From NCBI GenBank assembly GCA_963816185.1, contig CAWFJJ010000008.1, forward strand, positions 64,001 to 128,000: a stretch of DNA of 64,000 nt. Reading direction: 5' to 3'. The position numbers were made by a program, and so were the translations under genes. Below the pieces are notes generated by a model that saw only the letters and a list, made by a program, of their open reading frames with translations, was not told the origin of the DNA and did not search any database. Of the stretch, positions 61,131-64,000 are shown one piece after another. The DNA comes from Thermoanaerobaculia bacterium. GTDB taxonomy: Bacteria; Acidobacteriota; Thermoanaerobaculia; UBA5066. Within the stretch, counting starts at the first letter, position 1; every line of letters begins with the position of its first letter.

Positions 61131-62801
61131 CGGCGGATCGCGTGCGAGCTCTTTGGATGGCGCTAGGAGGATAACTGTGAAAGACAACCCCGCCTTGCAC
61201 ATCGACGATCCTTTAGCAGACGGTGGACGATCGGGCCGGTCAAGCGGTTTGAACATGTACGCCATTTGCCATTGCTCTGTGTGCCGCGTCAGGGCAACCA
61301 TGCTCAAGCCATACGTTGCCTTAACTCTGGACGGGCGTGAGGGTCCGCGGAGTGCTACGAAGCGGAGACTGCGAAGATAGGTACTCATAGAGTAAAGGGT
61401 CGAGGGTTTCGGGCCAGTCTGTTTCCGCATTTGCGCCTGTGGCCGGGGCTACCGAGAGACCACGGGCTGTCCCTTTATTGCGTCCTTAGTCACACCGACT
61501 CCGCCGAGATTTTGGATTCTCTCGGTGGGGCTGACGTAGAGATTCGCCAGCGGATTCCTGCAATCATAGACCGACGTAAACCCGACGCGCCGGTCGGACC
61601 TCGTACATAACGAGGGACGAGTGAGCCAAACGGACAACTGGTTGTTAAGAGAGGCTCCTGAGCACCTTAACTTCTTGATGCCTGGTCGCGCCGGGGGCAT
61701 GTTCACTCAACGTCTCTCCCCAATACCGCCATTCTCGCCAGGGATAGGACGTCACGGGTGGGCTGGCCACGTGCGTCTCAAACACAGCAAAGTCACGGCA
61801 TACGTCGCTGACATTGTGGTGCTTAGGGGGTCGCGAAGGGAGGGCGAGCGAATGGTAAAGAATGCCTAGGCAAAGAACCCCATCGAGGTAGCCGTAATCG
61901 TCCTTAGTGAGGTCACGAACGTCGGCTTTTACAAAGTCGACGTTTGAAAAAGAAAGAGCGTGCTTTGTGCGACGGGCAACGTCAAGCCATTATCGCGGCC
62001 TTCAATGCCGAGTACGAAGAGCGCCGCGGCGTGCAAGCTTGATCAACAACACGCACGATGGGACCATGATACGTCGAGTATGCGATAACCTGGAAGTGGC
62101 CGATGTGCAATGTCGCAAATGGTTTGGAGGATGCGATGGAAACCATCGGAGTATTGTCGACGGTTGGCGCTGGATCGAGCATGAAGGTAGCGTCCTTTCG
62201 GGGTATATTGAACAAGGAAGGGCGTAGATCGTGATAGTATCTTCGGCGCCTATTCCAGTGAAGAGGATACAGCGTATTGGATGTTGGCGCGAAGGGCGCG
62301 CAAAGATTGCGATCGGCTGGGATATCAAGATCGGGATACGCCAATTGGCCGAGCCGGGTTCCTATTGCCGTGTGTAACAACATGACATTGAGGGTTCCAT
62401 TAGAGGGTGCAATGAGTACCGGCGGCGTTTGTTGAAGGAAAGAGGTACTTGGGGTGGCGGGGTGAAAGGACCAGGGGCACAGAGGATGATGAGGAGTCCG
62501 CCTTTTCGGAGAGGGGCGCCAGCGTTCGGCAGTAGAGCACCGGACGAAAGGCGTTGGCCCGCGCAAATGGGCGCGGATCCACGCGTTGTTAGGGGCCAGG
62601 TAGAGAGGACGGCTTGACGACATGCGGGATCCGAAGTGGCGGTTCGCCTCGAAGAAGGATAATTCCCCGCTTCCTAGTCCTGAATCCAGACCTCGATTGC
62701 GTTGATCTCTAACTCCGGGAACCTTCTCCTCATGAGCTTACTTACAAGCGGGTGGCGAAAGAGGCCCGGATCTAGGGCAAGCGCGGGCCGGACATGATTC
62801 T

Positions 62802-63645
62802 TCAGGTCCGGGACCTCCTGCCGAAGGAACCGAAAACGGCTTTCGTGCTCCCGAAGGATGCGGCGAGTCCTTCGAGGGATCGGGATGATTCGAGTGCCGC
62901 CGCGGCCATCGCCGCATGGGGTTGTGTAACGGCGTCCAGACCGGTGGCGAGGTGGGTCACCTTGGCCAGGGTGCCGCCGAGTGCGGGAAGACCGAGCCGA
63001 GCTCGGGGGTGAGCGCGTCGACGAGCTTCAGGCGGGCAGCCGAATCGGCGAGGGTGGAGAGACCTTCTCGTGGGCTGGCGAGGGCCTCGCCGATCCCAGA
63101 GAGGCGGGTTTCGAGATCGGTCTTCAGCGTGTCCAAGGCGGGCGCCCGCGCCACTGAAGCGTCGAGAACTCGGACCTCCTCCTTCAATGCGGAAAGCGAC
63201 TCCTCGAGGGCATCGCCCGTTCGCCTCGCTTCGGCGAGGTGCGATTCGGCGGCACCCATCCTGAGAGAAACCTCCCCAAACGCCCGGCCGACCGCGTCGT
63301 TCGAGGTCTGTACGGCGTCGACGCGCCGCCCAAGGAGTGGAGATCGGCGGGAATGGACCGGAGATCCTCCACGTCCTTCTGAAGGCGCGCGATGTCCTTC
63401 CCGAAAGACGCGATCTCCTCGATCGTCGCCTCGAGAAGCCGGCTCTCCAGCTCTTGGTGCTTCCCGAGCATCCGGAGCCTGCGGAACGAGCGATACAAGA
63501 AACCCCGGACCTTTCCCGGCAGGGAGCCCTCGACCCCGGGGGCGGACGTCCACGCCCGCAGCCCCTCGAGCTCCGAGGCAAGTCGGGCGAGGCGCTCGTT
63601 GCGGCTGTCGGGACCACGGCCGGAAGCGGGCGGGAGTTTGCTCAT
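62802..63645 (-). CDS. Coiled-coil protein of the polysaccharide locus (frameshifted; 3' end unresolved)
   Basis: GKVRGFLYRSFRRL...QELE...heptad-rich helices over several frames. Confidence 0.5.
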
Positions 63646-63697
63646 CGGCGCCTCGATGATACGGGCAGCTCGAGACCTGTCCTCGCGCTTCTTCGCG

Positions 63698-64000
63698 TCA
63701 CGGTTTCGCGGTAGCCCGGATGAACGCCACGGCTCCCGCCCCCATGGCGAGGTCGTGGCGGTCGCGGTAGTCGTACCGGACGACGTCCAGCTCCGGAATG
63801 CGCTCGTACGCCGACCCGACGAGAGCGCGGTACTCGATCTCGCAATTCCAGTGACGAAAGAGCGCCTTGATGTCGACCGGGCTGTATTGCCGGTACCAGG
63901 AGGCAATCTTGCTCTGTCCGGCGGGGACTGTTGCGATGAGACGTCCTTCCTGACGCAGGAGCTCCCGGACCTCCGCAAGCGTCAGGCGATCTCCGTCCGA
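63698..64000 (-). CDS. C-terminal part of a methyltransferase-like protein (partial)
   Basis: Open frame GDRLTLAEVRELLRQEGRLIATVPAG...WYRQYS...AVAFIRATAKP*. Confidence 0.6.
   Translation of the reverse strand, partial: SDGDRLTLAEVRELLRQEGRLIATVPAGQSKIASWYRQYSPVDIKALFRHWNCEIEYRALVGSAYERIPELDVVRYDYRDRHDLAMGAGAVAFIRATAKP

Noticed and set aside
61142-62800. Group II intron (GTGCG at 61142)
   Set aside because: No recognisable domain V or RT motifs on either strand.

Overview
GC-rich (roughly 70%) bacterial chromosomal segment. Gene content suggests Acidobacteriota, probably Thermoanaerobaculia (inference). Many single-base frameshifts point to an imperfectly polished long-read assembly. 1-24.8 kb is mostly core genes: folC end, dGTPase, glyA, nadE operon, ftcD, M28 peptidase, lpxC-DUF4390-ntrY-ntrX, HD-GYP and smpB. 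It also holds a large secreted beta-propeller protein and a mazEF/kinase scar. 24.8-64 kb is a cell-surface island. Its most striking feature is six signal-peptide proteins: five unrelated passengers and one stand-alone copy. All end in the same ~120-aa domain (PCRxxDTR...C[GS][IV]P...NxT...[RL]AN[NG]...D[VI]xGYF). They are interleaved with GT-C-type membrane glycosyltransferases (four in the island). Downstream are GT2/GT4 enzymes, NDP-sugar epimerases, methyltransferases, Wzm/Wzt, a PAPS synthase (sat-cysC) and two sulfotransferase-like genes. This is a candidate undescribed surface display/sorting system coupled to (sulfated) glycan synthesis. The stretch from about 60 to 62.8 kb is degraded or low-quality sequence. 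No rRNA, tRNA, CRISPR array or transposase was recognised.
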